From: an uncultured Deinococcales bacterium
Lineage (GTDB): Bacteria > Deinococcota > Deinococci > Deinococcales > JAAFIG01
Direction of reading: 5' to 3'
DNA length: 64,000 bases
NCBI GenBank assembly: GCA_964247135.1
Contig: CAXTTL010000002.1
Span: forward strand, 1 to 64,000
Positions 18,364-28,012 of this stretch are shown here, piece after piece. A program made the position numbers and the translations under genes. Below the pieces are notes generated by a model that made no database searches, had not been told where the DNA came from, and worked only from the letters and a program-made list of their open reading frames with translations. The stretch's first letter is position 1. Each line of letters begins with the position of its first letter.

Positions 18364-19656
18364 ATGAAAAAGTTTGGATTGTTGGTCATTGGTTTGGCGT
18401 TTTCCTCGTTTCTGGTGGCTTGCCCTGGCGGTGGCACAACGCCGCCGCCACTGGTTGCCAACGGTTCGCTCGTTTCAGGCATCATTTCCAACTGGATTCC
18501 AGGCAAGGCAGGCACGTTGTACGCTCGAGTTTTCAACTTCTCGAGCAACCCAAGCACCAGTGCGGGTGTGCCGATTGCGGCAGATGGCTCGTTCAGCAAT
18601 TTGGTTTTGCCCACGCCCACCACAGCCGAACTTGGCAATAGCTCGAGTGGTTTGGGCGATTGCAGCGGAGGCACGGTCAGCGTGACCCCCAGCGATGGCA
18701 AAGCCGTTCTGGCTATTTTGACCAGCAACCTCAATTCGTCCTTGAGTGGTGCTGTCTATCAGGCGAATAAGTCCCAAGCCTCAGCTTTGTTTGTTGATCC
18801 TGGCAGCAACAGCACCTTGCGTATTTACGTCAGCAAAGACACGACCATCAACGGCACTTGCACCACCACCACAGGCACACCAAAGTACACGTACACCTAC
18901 AACAATGTCAGTCTGGCGCAAGGTTGGAATATTTTAAATGTCAGCGTCGCACCGCACGCTGTCAATTCCACAGACCCGATCCTCGAGACGTTCACCTCTG
19001 GGGCTGCCGCCAGCGACGTGAAGTTCTATCAAATCTTGCCTGAAACCACCAACATCACACAATCCCGCAGCGATTCTGCCAAGAAATTATTCCTAACCTG
19101 GGATGCCGTGCCAGATGCCACAGCATACAGCGTGGAAGTGAAATCGAACACGGCGGATTTGGGCAATGGCGTGGGCAATTACGGCAATCCGATCTCGGTT
19201 ACGGGTACATCAACCCTCGTTCCTGCCACCCCGAAAACAGATTATGTCGTGCGTGTCAAAACCAAGTTTGGTACGGTCATCAGCAACGGCGCAGAAAGCT
19301 TTGGGATCAGCAGCAGTACCCTCAACCCCAATGGGCTGAACATCCTCTTCCCAACCCAAGGCATTCCCCACGAAGAAACCATTGCCGCAGGGGCGAGCAA
19401 AGCCGTTAACCTCGAGTTTGAACGCGGTGCAAGCTGCACGCAAGCCCTGAGCTTAAGCGTTTCAGGAATTTCGGTGGGTGCTGCCTCGAGCAGCACGATC
19501 TCGGGGGTTTTTACCCCGAATAACAGCACGGGCAGCACCAGCAGCTTGGCGTTGACTGTTGGCTCGAGCGTTCCTGCTGGTTCGTACACGGTTGATTTGA
19601 ACGCCGATGGTTGTCCAACCAGCGTTGGTGTGTCCATGACTGTGACTGTTCTGTAA
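18364..19656 (+). CDS. Surface lipoprotein with FN3-like and Ig-like domains
   Basis: GGAGG SD, lipobox LVAC, FN3-like LTWDAVPDATAYSVE, and Ser/Thr-rich beta domains. Confidence 0.82.
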   Translation: MKKFGLLVIGLAFSSFLVACPGGGTTPPPLVANGSLVSGIISNWIPGKAGTLYARVFNFSSNPSTSAGVPIAADGSFSNLVLPTPTTAELGNSSSGLGDCSGGTVSVTPSDGKAVLAILTSNLNSSLSGAVYQANKSQASALFVDPGSNSTLRIYVSKDTTINGTCTTTTGTPKYTYTYNNVSLAQGWNILNVSVAPHAVNSTDPILETFTSGAAASDVKFYQILPETTNITQSRSDSAKKLFLTWDAVPDATAYSVEVKSNTADLGNGVGNYGNPISVTGTSTLVPATPKTDYVVRVKTKFGTVISNGAESFGISSSTLNPNGLNILFPTQGIPHEETIAAGASKAVNLEFERGASCTQALSLSVSGISVGAASSSTISGVFTPNNSTGSTSSLALTVGSSVPAGSYTVDLNADGCPTSVGVSMTVTVL

Positions 19657-19670
19657 ACAAAGTTCGGCAA

Positions 19671-19706
19671 AAAAGCATCCTCAAGATTCTCGAGAGGGTG
19701 CTTTTT
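19671..19706 (+). terminator. Intrinsic terminator
   Basis: AAAAGCATCCTC...GAGGGTGCTTTTT. Confidence 0.65.
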
Positions 19707-19751
19707 CAATTTCCTGACCGTTTCATTGTGCGCTCGCAGTAAACTCGAGTC

Positions 19752-20501
19752 ATGAAATCTGTGATGCTTCTTGGACACCGTGGCAGCCCGAACGTCGCTC
19801 GAGAGAACACGCTGGCATCGTTTCAGGCGGCGATGGATGCCGGACTTGATGGCGTGGAATTGGATGTGCAACGCACCTTGGACGGCGTGTTGGTTGTCCA
19901 TCACGACTTTCACTTGCCCGATGGTCGCTTGATTGCCGCCCTGAATGCCAGTGAGGTCGAAGCCGCAATTCTGCCCATGAACGGACGCACCCCGAAGCTC
20001 GAGCATGTGCTGGAATGGGCAAAAAGTGCCAACGCGTTTGTCAATGTCGAAATCAAATCAAATGGTTTACAAACCGACAACCGCGAACTCGAGACGGTGA
20101 AGTGCATTGCCGCCACCGGAATGCGCAGCAACGTGATCGTCTCGAGTTTTAACCCCGCCAGCTTGGCGCGGGTGCGCTTTGCCGATTCTGGACTCGAGAC
20201 TGGATTGCTTTTTGAGAACCGCACCGAACCCAAGTGGTTGCTCGAGAATGGTTGGAGCGCCGTGCTGCTGGGCGTGAAAGCCTTGCATCCGTACCATGCC
20301 GACGTGACCCCAGAATTGATGCAACGCGCCAAAAAACGCGGTTGGACGGTCAACACCTGGACGGTCAACGACCTCGAGATTGCGCAAGACATGATCGCGC
20401 TGGGCGTGAATGCCCTGATTGGGAATTTTCCAGAAGTCTTGCTGACTGCCGCAGGAAGGGCGGTTAAAACGCACAACTCGAGTCAGCACAATCCGTCATA
20501 A
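19752..20501 (+). CDS. Glycerophosphodiester phosphodiesterase
   Basis: GHRG, ENTLASF, ELDVQRTLDG.LVVHHD, NVEIK, SSFN and WTVND. Confidence 0.92.
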   Translation: MKSVMLLGHRGSPNVARENTLASFQAAMDAGLDGVELDVQRTLDGVLVVHHDFHLPDGRLIAALNASEVEAAILPMNGRTPKLEHVLEWAKSANAFVNVEIKSNGLQTDNRELETVKCIAATGMRSNVIVSSFNPASLARVRFADSGLETGLLFENRTEPKWLLENGWSAVLLGVKALHPYHADVTPELMQRAKKRGWTVNTWTVNDLEIAQDMIALGVNALIGNFPEVLLTAAGRAVKTHNSSQHNPS

Positions 20502-20509
20502 TTAAATCC

Positions 20510-20695
20510 ATGACCGAGTTTAAATTGATCACTTCACCCGATAGCGATATTTTTGAAGAACGCCTGAACCGTTTTGTTCACGATCTGGGACCGGATGTGG
20601 TCTTGGGGCATATCAATTTCTCGACCACGGTTTTAGCCAATGGAACTGTCGTGTACAGTGCTTTAATCGCGTATCGCAAGCCAGAAGCCTGGTGA
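20510..20695 (+). CDS. Small hypothetical protein (61 aa)
   Basis: Fills the gap after the phosphodiesterase; plausible beta-alpha-beta-beta pattern (FKLITS...FEERLN...YSALIAY). Confidence 0.65.
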   Translation: MTEFKLITSPDSDIFEERLNRFVHDLGPDVVLGHINFSTTVLANGTVVYSALIAYRKPEAW

Positions 20696-20705
20696 TGCCG
20701 AGGAT

Positions 20706-21485
20706 TCAGGCTTGCGGTATTTTCTCGAGCAAGTATCCTGCGCCATTCTCGAGCGTAAATTCTGCGATGCGGTAGCCTTGGGTAAAATAGTGTTGCAAGA
20801 TTTTGCGCCCGTGCAAACGCCACGCCAGCGCCAAATCTGGGTCCTCTCTCAACAACCTCGAGTAATCTCCTGGCAGCCGCATTTTCAGGTACGGGGCTTC
20901 GAGCTTGAGGTTGATCTCGAGTGGTTGTGCGCCGCCCATTGTATTGATTTCTAAGGCGCTCGGAAGGTTGATTGCCTCTCCCAAGTGCCGCGCCATCACC
21001 CGAGCGTCATTTAAGACCCACTGTGCCATCACACGGTCCGACGGTGCGCCAGCGTTGATGCCAGTTAAGGCTCCATAGTAATCCTCGAGGTAGCTGCTGG
21101 CGGTTGCGCCAAGTTTGGCGATGTTGAGTTTGGCGTTCGGAACCCGCAGTGGATCAAACGTCCAACGCACCGTGTGAATGTTTTTTGCCAAACACCAATC
21201 GCGCTGAAACCATTTGAGTCTCGCGCCCAAACCTGCCGCCCGATGCTCGAGTTTGACGCCCAAACTGTGCGAGTGTTGGACACCTGGATTGGTGGTTGGG
21301 AATCCAAACACGAACGCAACCAAAATGTTGTCCGGCGTGAAGGCGCCCGCCAGCAGGGCGCCCTCGTCCCGCATGGCTCGGTAGAGTTCTGTTGGCACAT
21401 GGTCTGAATTCCAGATTTCTCGCTCGAGCGCCGCGAGTTCTCGCATTTCAGCGTTGCCAGTGATTTCACGCAAGTCGTAATTCAT
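20706..21485 (-). CDS. GNAT acyltransferase (putative D-amino-acid N-succinyltransferase partner of NSAR/OSBS)
   Basis: [35 protein letters not shown] and YYG...SDR; overlaps the menC stop. Confidence 0.85.
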   Translation of the reverse strand: MNYDLREITGNAEMRELAALEREIWNSDHVPTELYRAMRDEGALLAGAFTPDNILVAFVFGFPTTNPGVQHSHSLGVKLEHRAAGLGARLKWFQRDWCLAKNIHTVRWTFDPLRVPNAKLNIAKLGATASSYLEDYYGALTGINAGAPSDRVMAQWVLNDARVMARHLGEAINLPSALEINTMGGAQPLEINLKLEAPYLKMRLPGDYSRLLREDPDLALAWRLHGRKILQHYFTQGYRIAEFTLENGAGYLLEKIPQA

Positions 21486-22588
21486 GTGCCAAAGACCTGT
21501 TTTTGTTGCGTCACCTGCTCGAGAAATCTTTCGTTCAAACTCACGCCAATGCCCGCCCCAGCCGGAATCGGCATCAGACCGTTTGTCACCTCGAGGGCTT
21601 CATTGATGATGTCGGTCTCAAAATAGCGGCTGGCGGAACTGGTGTCGCCTGGTTTGGTAAAATTCGCCAAGGCACTCAGGTGAATGTTGTGCGAGCGTCC
21701 AATTCCAGACTCGAGCATCCCGCCGCACCAAACGGGCGCATTAAAAGCCGCCGCGACATCGTGCACGCGCCTCGCCTCGAGGTGTCCGCCGACCCGTCCA
21801 ACTTTAATGTTGATCACGCGGCACGCCTTGCTTTCAAGCGCCCGCCGCGCATCCTGGGCGCTCGAGATGCTTTCATCGAGGCACAGCGGCGTGACAATCA
21901 TGGTTTGCAATTTGGCATGGTCGTGAAAGTCGTTCCAAGCCAGCGGTTGTTCGATGTAGTCAAGCTTGATCTCATCCAGCTCTTGAAAAACTCGAGCATC
22001 GGATAGCGAGTAGGCGCTGTTGGCGTCCACGGTCAAGTTGATGTTCGGAAATGCCGTCCTCACCGCACCGACGGGTCGGACATCCCAGCCTGGTTTGATC
22101 TTGAGTTTCACACGCTTGTAACCTTGCGCTACATGATCTGCCACCAACTCGAGGGTGGCTGGAATGTCTTTTTGAATGCCGATGCTGACCCCGACCGGAA
22201 TCGCAGCCTGCACTCCACCCAGCAGACAATGCAAGGGTTGCCCCAAGTGCCGCGCCCACAAATCCCAGAACGCCATTTCGATGACTGCTTTCGCCATGTA
22301 ATTTCCACGGTACGGCTCGAGATCACGCGCCAAAGCTTCGGGGTTGGCAAATTCGCGCCCGATGAGTCTGGGCAAAAATTCTTGTAAAAACACCATTGCA
22401 GTTTGCACGGTTTCTTCCCTAAAAAGCGGCAATCTATCGTCCATCACGCCCTCGCTCAGACCCTCCACGCCACCTGAGCACAGGCGCAACAATGGAAAAA
22501 CCCGTTCGGTTTCGACGCCCATCGACGTTTCAAACCTAAATTTTAGGGGCAGCCTGACCACGCGCAATTCGGCTCGCTCGAGTTTCAT
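21482..22588 (-). CDS. menC: o-succinylbenzoate synthase / N-acyl(succinyl)amino-acid racemase
   Basis: Enolase superfamily: [41 protein letters not shown] and [10 protein letters not shown]. Confidence 0.9.
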   Translation of the reverse strand: MKLERAELRVVRLPLKFRFETSMGVETERVFPLLRLCSGGVEGLSEGVMDDRLPLFREETVQTAMVFLQEFLPRLIGREFANPEALARDLEPYRGNYMAKAVIEMAFWDLWARHLGQPLHCLLGGVQAAIPVGVSIGIQKDIPATLELVADHVAQGYKRVKLKIKPGWDVRPVGAVRTAFPNINLTVDANSAYSLSDARVFQELDEIKLDYIEQPLAWNDFHDHAKLQTMIVTPLCLDESISSAQDARRALESKACRVINIKVGRVGGHLEARRVHDVAAAFNAPVWCGGMLESGIGRSHNIHLSALANFTKPGDTSSASRYFETDIINEALEVTNGLMPIPAGAGIGVSLNERFLEQVTQQKQVFGT

Positions 22589-22634
22589 TGAATGTCTTTC
22601 ATAAAACGCCTGTGCATCCGTTCTCCTGAACCCC

Positions 22635-22654
22635 TGTGGATAAGCTGTGGATAA
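22635..22654 (-). promoter_or_regulatory. Two tandem perfect DnaA boxes (TTATCCACA)
   Basis: TGTGGATAA at 22635 and 22646, in the gap between the Nudix gene and menC. Confidence 0.7.
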
Positions 22655-22656
22655 AA

Positions 22657-23142
22657 TTACGCCATGCCTAGCGCATAATACGCGGCGGCAATCCCTGGCG
22701 ATGACGTCCGAAGACTTCCCTCGAGCGCCCCAGCGATCAAGTCTTTGGGCGCAATCCACTCGAGTGTGATGTGCTCGTCTTCGTCGGGCGTGCCAAATGC
22801 CTCATGCAGGTTTGTGGCATGGACCAAATGCAGCAACTCGTCGGTAAATCCTGGCGAGCTGTAAAAACGGGTCAAGATTTTTAAATCCCCGCCCAAACTG
22901 CATTCTTCCGCAAACTCTCGAGCCGCAGCCGTTAAAACGTCCTCGCCCTCTTCGATCAAACCCGCCGGAATCTCGAGCGTGAAAGCTTCAATTGCGGGTC
23001 GGTATTGTTTGACCATCAGCATTTTACCGTCCTGGACGGCGAGGATTGCCACAGCGGCTTTGTGCCGAATGATCTCCCATTTGGCGTCCTCAATCTCGAG
23101 TTTGACCACACGACCCTCAAAAATGGTTTTTCGGTTTGCCAT
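22657..23142 (-). CDS. Nudix hydrolase (ADP-ribose pyrophosphatase-like)
   Basis: [32 protein letters not shown] Nudix box and [15 protein letters not shown] lies 6 nt upstream of ATG 23142. Confidence 0.9.
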   Translation of the reverse strand: MANRKTIFEGRVVKLEIEDAKWEIIRHKAAVAILAVQDGKMLMVKQYRPAIEAFTLEIPAGLIEEGEDVLTAAAREFAEECSLGGDLKILTRFYSSPGFTDELLHLVHATNLHEAFGTPDEDEHITLEWIAPKDLIAGALEGSLRTSSPGIAAAYYALGMA

Positions 23143-23209
23143 GCTTCGAGCATACCCGTGATTGGTATTTGATGTGCAGTTTGGAGTGCGCATAAGCTGA
23201 TTTAAGTCA

Positions 23210-23243
23210 AAAGCTCGAGAAACCTTGTGGCTTCTCGAGCTTT
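23210..23243 (-). terminator. Intrinsic terminator after the large lipoprotein
   Basis: AAAGCTCGAGAA...TTCTCGAGCTTT stem. Confidence 0.65.
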
Positions 23244-23263
23244 GAAGAAGTTGACAATGAACT

Positions 23264-25735
23264 TTAGCGCGGGTAGTAACGCCAGGCGTACCTGGCGGGG
23301 ACCGTGGTACGGCTGGTCACCTCAACCCCAATTTCACCCAATTGTCCGGTGATTGAAACGACTTTGCCAACCAGAATATTCCAGCCTTGTTTGAGTTGCG
23401 CATTGACGCTGACGCTGACGACTGCCCCACTCGTGCCTTGACACGTTCCGGTGACATTGACATCGCCATCGACATACACCACAAAGGCTTGCTCGAGTCC
23501 GATTTTTGGTGGCGTGGTGATGGCATCATTACTGAGGATCAGTGATCCATATTTACCAGCACTGGGAGCACCAAATTGACGTTCTGAACCTTTGACCGTA
23601 CTCGGGCTAAACGTCAGGTTTGGTGTTCCGTTGGTGCAATACGTCGCCAGCAAGGTGGCAGGGTCGCTTAAAACTGCCGGCACGGGTAAGTCATAACTGA
23701 CAAGCCCTGCTGCGCTGATGGGTGTCGTGTAATTGGCAAGCGTTGGATCATTTGAGGTTGCCGATAAGAAATCTCCGACCTGTCCAGACCATTGCAAAAT
23801 GGTTTGGGTGGCTTTGTTGACCGCAAACGGGGCTGCCAAAGTTGTCAAGACCAAAGGCGCAGTTTTGGTCACGCCATCACCGACCGCTTTCAGCTCGAGG
23901 TTGATTGTTTGAGCGGCTGCATTGCTTGCCACGGCAAGCACCAGGGTTCCATTCGTGCCTGCAATGTCGATTGGCGTAGCGCTAACACCTGTTGGCAGCG
24001 CTACACCGCCTGAACCCTGCAAGCTGACACTCACAGCACCGGTCACTCCAGCACGGGTCAAGGTAACAGCGACATTGCCTGTATAGGTTGGTTCGATGGT
24101 CAGGGCGGCGGTTGACGCCAACGTAAAATCGGGCTTGGCACTCACCGTTAGGCTGAGCGGCGCGGTTTTCACAATCCCACCGCCTTCAGCTTTAAGCTCG
24201 AGGTTATAGATTTGTGGCGCGACACCCGCAGCCACATTCACGGTCAGCGTTGTACCAGCCAAGCTCGAGGTGATACCCGTGGGTGCAGGAGTGCCGCCCG
24301 CAGTTTGCAGGCTGACGTTGATGGTTGCCGTAAAATTGGTACGCGTCAGGGTAATGCCCACCGTGCCAGATTTGGCTTGTTCAATACTCAAACTGCTTGG
24401 GGTGCTCGAGAGTGTAAAGTTTGGTGTTGCGGTGACCGTCAGGGTAAACGGAGTTGTTTTGGTGGCGCCGCCACCGACGGCTTTGACCTCGAGCGCGTAA
24501 TTTTGGGCAAGGGTAGTTGCTGCCACGGCGATGTTCAGCGTGCCAGTGTTGCCCGTTGCCGTGGCGTTTGCGGCACTGATGCCTGTTGGTAAACTTGTCC
24601 CGTTTGCGCCCTGCAAGCTGAGGATGATGCCGGCGGTCAAGTTGTTACGAACAATGGTAGCGACCGTACTGCCCGTTTTGCCCTGCTCGAGGCTGAGCGT
24701 CACGGGGTTGAGCGCCACCGAGAAATCTGAGACGGCTGGTGCGACAACATTCACGCTTAAGGCTTTGACTTTGGTGATGCCACCCGCCACAGCTTTGACC
24801 TCGAGCGTATAAGTTTGCGCGGCGACGCTGGCAGCGACAACAACTTGAATACTGCCTGTGAGTGCCGCAATGGTCGCGCCCGTCGATGTAACTCCTGCCG
24901 GTAAGGCTGCCCCGCCCGCACCTTGCAAGCTGATTGCCGCATCGCCGGTCAGGTTGGTGCGCGTTAAGGTCACGGCAACCGTACCCGCTTGACCCTGTGT
25001 GACCGTCAAATCGCTGGGGTTTAACTCGAGCACCAAATCACTGACGCCTGGCGCGGTGACATTCAAGAGCAACGGTGTCGTTTTGGTGATTCCACCACCG
25101 ACGGCTTTGACCTCGAGCGAGTGTTCTTTGATGGCGGTGGTGTTGGCGACGACAATGTTAAAACTGCCCCCAGTGGCATTGGCTGTGAATGTTGCGCTGA
25201 TTCCTGCTGGAAGTGCTGCCCCGCCCGCACTTTGCAGACTGACAACTATCGGGTCGGTCAAATTGGTGCGGGTCAAACTGACATTGACCGTACCAGATTG
25301 ACCTTGAACCACACCAAGACTGGCGGGGTCGATGCTCAGGCTAAAGGTTTTTGCCGTTTCGACGATCAAATTAAAAGCCACCGTTTGGCTTGCGCCACTG
25401 GCGCTGCCTTTGACTTGAAGCGCATAGGTTTTTGCCGCCAAGCTGCTGCTTGCCGCAATGTTCAGCGAACCCGTGCCACCCGTGACTGGGTTGGGACTGA
25501 AGGTGCCGCTTAAACCTGCGGGCAATACCGAACCATCTGCTTGCTCGAGCACCAAATCAATCGGCGTGGTGTCGTTGGCATCCCGTTCGACGGTCAGGGT
25601 AATCGAACCAGAAGCGCCCTGGGACAGCGTTAAATCTTGGGCTTTGAGTTTAAACGTGGTCTGGATGGTTGGATTGCAAGCCATCAAGATCATGAAAAGA
25701 ATCGGTGCAAGCAGGCTGTGTACAGATCGTTTCAT
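23264..25735 (-). CDS. Large surface lipoprotein with six ~100-aa Ig-like repeats
   Basis: Lipobox LMAC; six repeats of the form F.L...P..L...QG..G.....LTRTN....LEVKA.GGG.TKT; C-terminal GWNIL domain. Confidence 0.85.
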   Translation of the reverse strand: MKRSVHSLLAPILFMILMACNPTIQTTFKLKAQDLTLSQGASGSITLTVERDANDTTPIDLVLEQADGSVLPAGLSGTFSPNPVTGGTGSLNIAASSSLAAKTYALQVKGSASGASQTVAFNLIVETAKTFSLSIDPASLGVVQGQSGTVNVSLTRTNLTDPIVVSLQSAGGAALPAGISATFTANATGGSFNIVVANTTAIKEHSLEVKAVGGGITKTTPLLLNVTAPGVSDLVLELNPSDLTVTQGQAGTVAVTLTRTNLTGDAAISLQGAGGAALPAGVTSTGATIAALTGSIQVVVAASVAAQTYTLEVKAVAGGITKVKALSVNVVAPAVSDFSVALNPVTLSLEQGKTGSTVATIVRNNLTAGIILSLQGANGTSLPTGISAANATATGNTGTLNIAVAATTLAQNYALEVKAVGGGATKTTPFTLTVTATPNFTLSSTPSSLSIEQAKSGTVGITLTRTNFTATINVSLQTAGGTPAPTGITSSLAGTTLTVNVAAGVAPQIYNLELKAEGGGIVKTAPLSLTVSAKPDFTLASTAALTIEPTYTGNVAVTLTRAGVTGAVSVSLQGSGGVALPTGVSATPIDIAGTNGTLVLAVASNAAAQTINLELKAVGDGVTKTAPLVLTTLAAPFAVNKATQTILQWSGQVGDFLSATSNDPTLANYTTPISAAGLVSYDLPVPAVLSDPATLLATYCTNGTPNLTFSPSTVKGSERQFGAPSAGKYGSLILSNDAITTPPKIGLEQAFVVYVDGDVNVTGTCQGTSGAVVSVSVNAQLKQGWNILVGKVVSITGQLGEIGVEVTSRTTVPARYAWRYYPR

Positions 25736-25848
25736 AGTTACCCCTTATGAATGCTTTCTTTAGAAACTATATGGGAGCAGCATGATCGAACCGTGAGGGA
25801 CGCTGAAAATGTGATTTAAATGTGATGTGCTTGAGCTTTCAAACAACC

Positions 25849-26769
25849 TTAAGGCAGTTTCTCGAGTGTTAATCTCATCGCGCCCGCCAGCACTTCCCCA
25901 GGCGCCAGAACCTTGACGCCCGTATTCTGTATACCCTGTGCCATCAAATTAAAACCGTCCGTGCAATGCGAGACAGGCTCGAGCGCCACCGTGCCGTCGG
26001 GGTCGCCGTTAAAGACCACAAAATGCGTGTAAATCGGGTCGCCCTCGATCCGTAAACCGTAGCCGCTGCCAGTCCATTCAAACGTTGCCACGCCGTCCCA
26101 ACCGTTGTAAACATTGTCAATAAAAAATCCGGTCACGGCTTTGGAACTCGAGAAATCCAGTTCGGGCGGAATCGCCTGGCTGCCCCCGTCGGGAATGCGG
26201 GTGGTGTCGGTCAAGTACACGCTTTTCGCCTGAAATTGCAGCTTTGGCGCGGCGCTCGAGCCTGAGAACGTGGGCATAAAATACGGGTGATAACCCAGTC
26301 CAGCCGGCATGGATTCAGCCCCAACGTTTTGCAGCTCGAGGTGCGAGACGAACAAATCACCCTCGAGCGAATACCTGGTTTTGAAGGTGTAAGAAAACGG
26401 ATAATTGGAATCGGTCACGGTTCTGGAGTCGTAAAAAAACTCGAGCGCATTTTCCTGGCGGGTCATGTCCAGTGGACGGTTGCGAATGTCGCCGTGAATC
26501 GTCAATAGCCCGTCCGCCCAATTGGGTTTCATGTGGTATTCACGACCTTCAAACACAAACGTGTTGTTTTTAATGCGGTTCGAATACGGTGCAAGGTTGT
26601 AACTCGAGAAATTAGCGCTGTTTTCACCCTCGAGCAAAGCTGGATTTGTTGGACGCATCACTGCTCGCCATGCGCCGTTCGCCATCGCCTCGAGTGCGAC
26701 AGGACTCGCGCCCAAACGCGGGTGAACGGCAAGTTTCCAAAAGTTGTTCTCTAAAATTTCGATGCTCAT
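25849..26769 (-). CDS. Aldose 1-epimerase family protein
   Basis: LAPYSNRI, IHG, GLGYHPYF and ALEPVSH. Confidence 0.88.
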   Translation of the reverse strand: MSIEILENNFWKLAVHPRLGASPVALEAMANGAWRAVMRPTNPALLEGENSANFSSYNLAPYSNRIKNNTFVFEGREYHMKPNWADGLLTIHGDIRNRPLDMTRQENALEFFYDSRTVTDSNYPFSYTFKTRYSLEGDLFVSHLELQNVGAESMPAGLGYHPYFMPTFSGSSAAPKLQFQAKSVYLTDTTRIPDGGSQAIPPELDFSSSKAVTGFFIDNVYNGWDGVATFEWTGSGYGLRIEGDPIYTHFVVFNGDPDGTVALEPVSHCTDGFNLMAQGIQNTGVKVLAPGEVLAGAMRLTLEKLP

Positions 26770-26779
26770 CGGGTTTAGT

Positions 26780-27691
26780 TTAACCTTGGAAACTCAATCG
26801 CACCCAACCAATCAATTTCTCGTTAGGCTCGAGCACCCGAACGCCCGTGTGTTCAACCCCTCGCGCCAGCAAATTAAAACCGTCCGTGCAATGCGAAATC
26901 GGCTCGACCGCCAAAGCGCCATCTGGCGAGGCGTACACGCACAAATGCGAAAACACTTCACTCGCCTCAAGCTTCAAAATTTTGGTCGCCGCATTTGGCA
27001 GATCGTACTCGAGGAGCGCAGTGCCATCCCAACTGCCGAAGACATGGTTGAGTGCCGTGTCGCCAACAAAACGCGCCCTCGAGAAATCGTAATTTGGGGG
27101 AATTGGTTTCATGCCTGACGTCGGAATGAAACTCGAGTCGGTTTCGTAAATTCCAGCCGCGTCAAACTGAAGTTGCACATGGTTGCTGGCGTGTAATTGG
27201 CGCACTAAATACGGATGCAAACCAAACCCTGCCGGCATTCTGGTACCGCCAACATTCTCGAGTTCGAGTTGCGTCTCAAAAACATTGTCTTTCAGAGTGT
27301 AAATCAGTTTCATGCGGATTGGAAACGGAAAGTTGAAATCTGCGAAATCCCTCGAGTCCAAAATACACTCAAGCGCGTTATCATCTCGAGTCACAGCCCA
27401 AGGACGATTTCGCACGTCACCGTGCTGGGTGCTGCCATCGCTCGAGGTGGATCGGAGTTGATACTCTCGGTTTTCAAACACGAACTTGGCATCCCGAATC
27501 CGATTGGAAAACGGGGCAAGCGTAAAACTCGAGAACGGACTGGCAGAATTTCCAGCCACTGCCGATTCAGGCGTGACCCGCATCAAGTTTTGCAGGCTCG
27601 AGCCTTGCTTGGCACCCAAAGACTTGATGCTCGCGCCCACGTTCGGCACAACCTCGAGTTTCCAAAATTCGTTCTCCAAACGTTCGATCAT
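26780..27691 (-). CDS. Aldose 1-epimerase family protein (tandem paralog)
   Basis: LAPFSNRI, QHG, GFGLHPYL and AVEPISH. Confidence 0.88.
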   Translation of the reverse strand: MIERLENEFWKLEVVPNVGASIKSLGAKQGSSLQNLMRVTPESAVAGNSASPFSSFTLAPFSNRIRDAKFVFENREYQLRSTSSDGSTQHGDVRNRPWAVTRDDNALECILDSRDFADFNFPFPIRMKLIYTLKDNVFETQLELENVGGTRMPAGFGLHPYLVRQLHASNHVQLQFDAAGIYETDSSFIPTSGMKPIPPNYDFSRARFVGDTALNHVFGSWDGTALLEYDLPNAATKILKLEASEVFSHLCVYASPDGALAVEPISHCTDGFNLLARGVEHTGVRVLEPNEKLIGWVRLSFQG

Positions 27692-27767
27692 GTCTCGAGT
27701 TTAGCGTGTTTTGAACCTGAAAAAAACCTGCGCCCTTGATCTCGAGGCAATTTTGCGCCATGATGTG

Positions 27768-27971
27768 AGGGCGTCGATCCGCAGGAGTACCAAAGATTTA
27801 AACCTCGAGCGAACCAGGGACGGTGTGAGCCTGGTGGTGAGGACTTTGCGAAAGGCAGCGGGGAGCAGATGTAGAAAAGAGCTTTGGGATTTCCCGAAGA
27901 ACTGGGGTGGAACCGCGCAGTGTTTACTGCGTCCCCAGGTGGCATTAGAAGCCGCCTGGACTTTTTGTTTT
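27768..27971 (+). ncRNA. T-box riboswitch, glycine specifier
   Basis: Stem I motifs (AGTA, AGCGA, GGTGTGAG), specifier GAAA-GGC-A (Gly codon at 27854), T-box GGGG-TGGAACC-GCG (27904-27917) with antiterminator partner GCGTCCCC, and terminator CCAGGTGGC/GCCGCCTGG plus T-run. Lies upstream of GlyRS. Confidence 0.9.
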
Positions 27972-28012
27972 GGCGCAATCCAACTTCTGATGCAGCAATG
28001 AAGGAGGGTTTT

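Noticed and set aside
12017-19656. Secondary-metabolite cluster implied by the SARP-like regulator
   Set aside because: No biosynthetic enzymes are present; the neighbours are secreted or lipoproteins.
22635-22654. DnaA boxes as oriC
   Set aside because: Only two boxes in a very short gap, with no AT-rich unwinding element and no dnaA/dnaN context.
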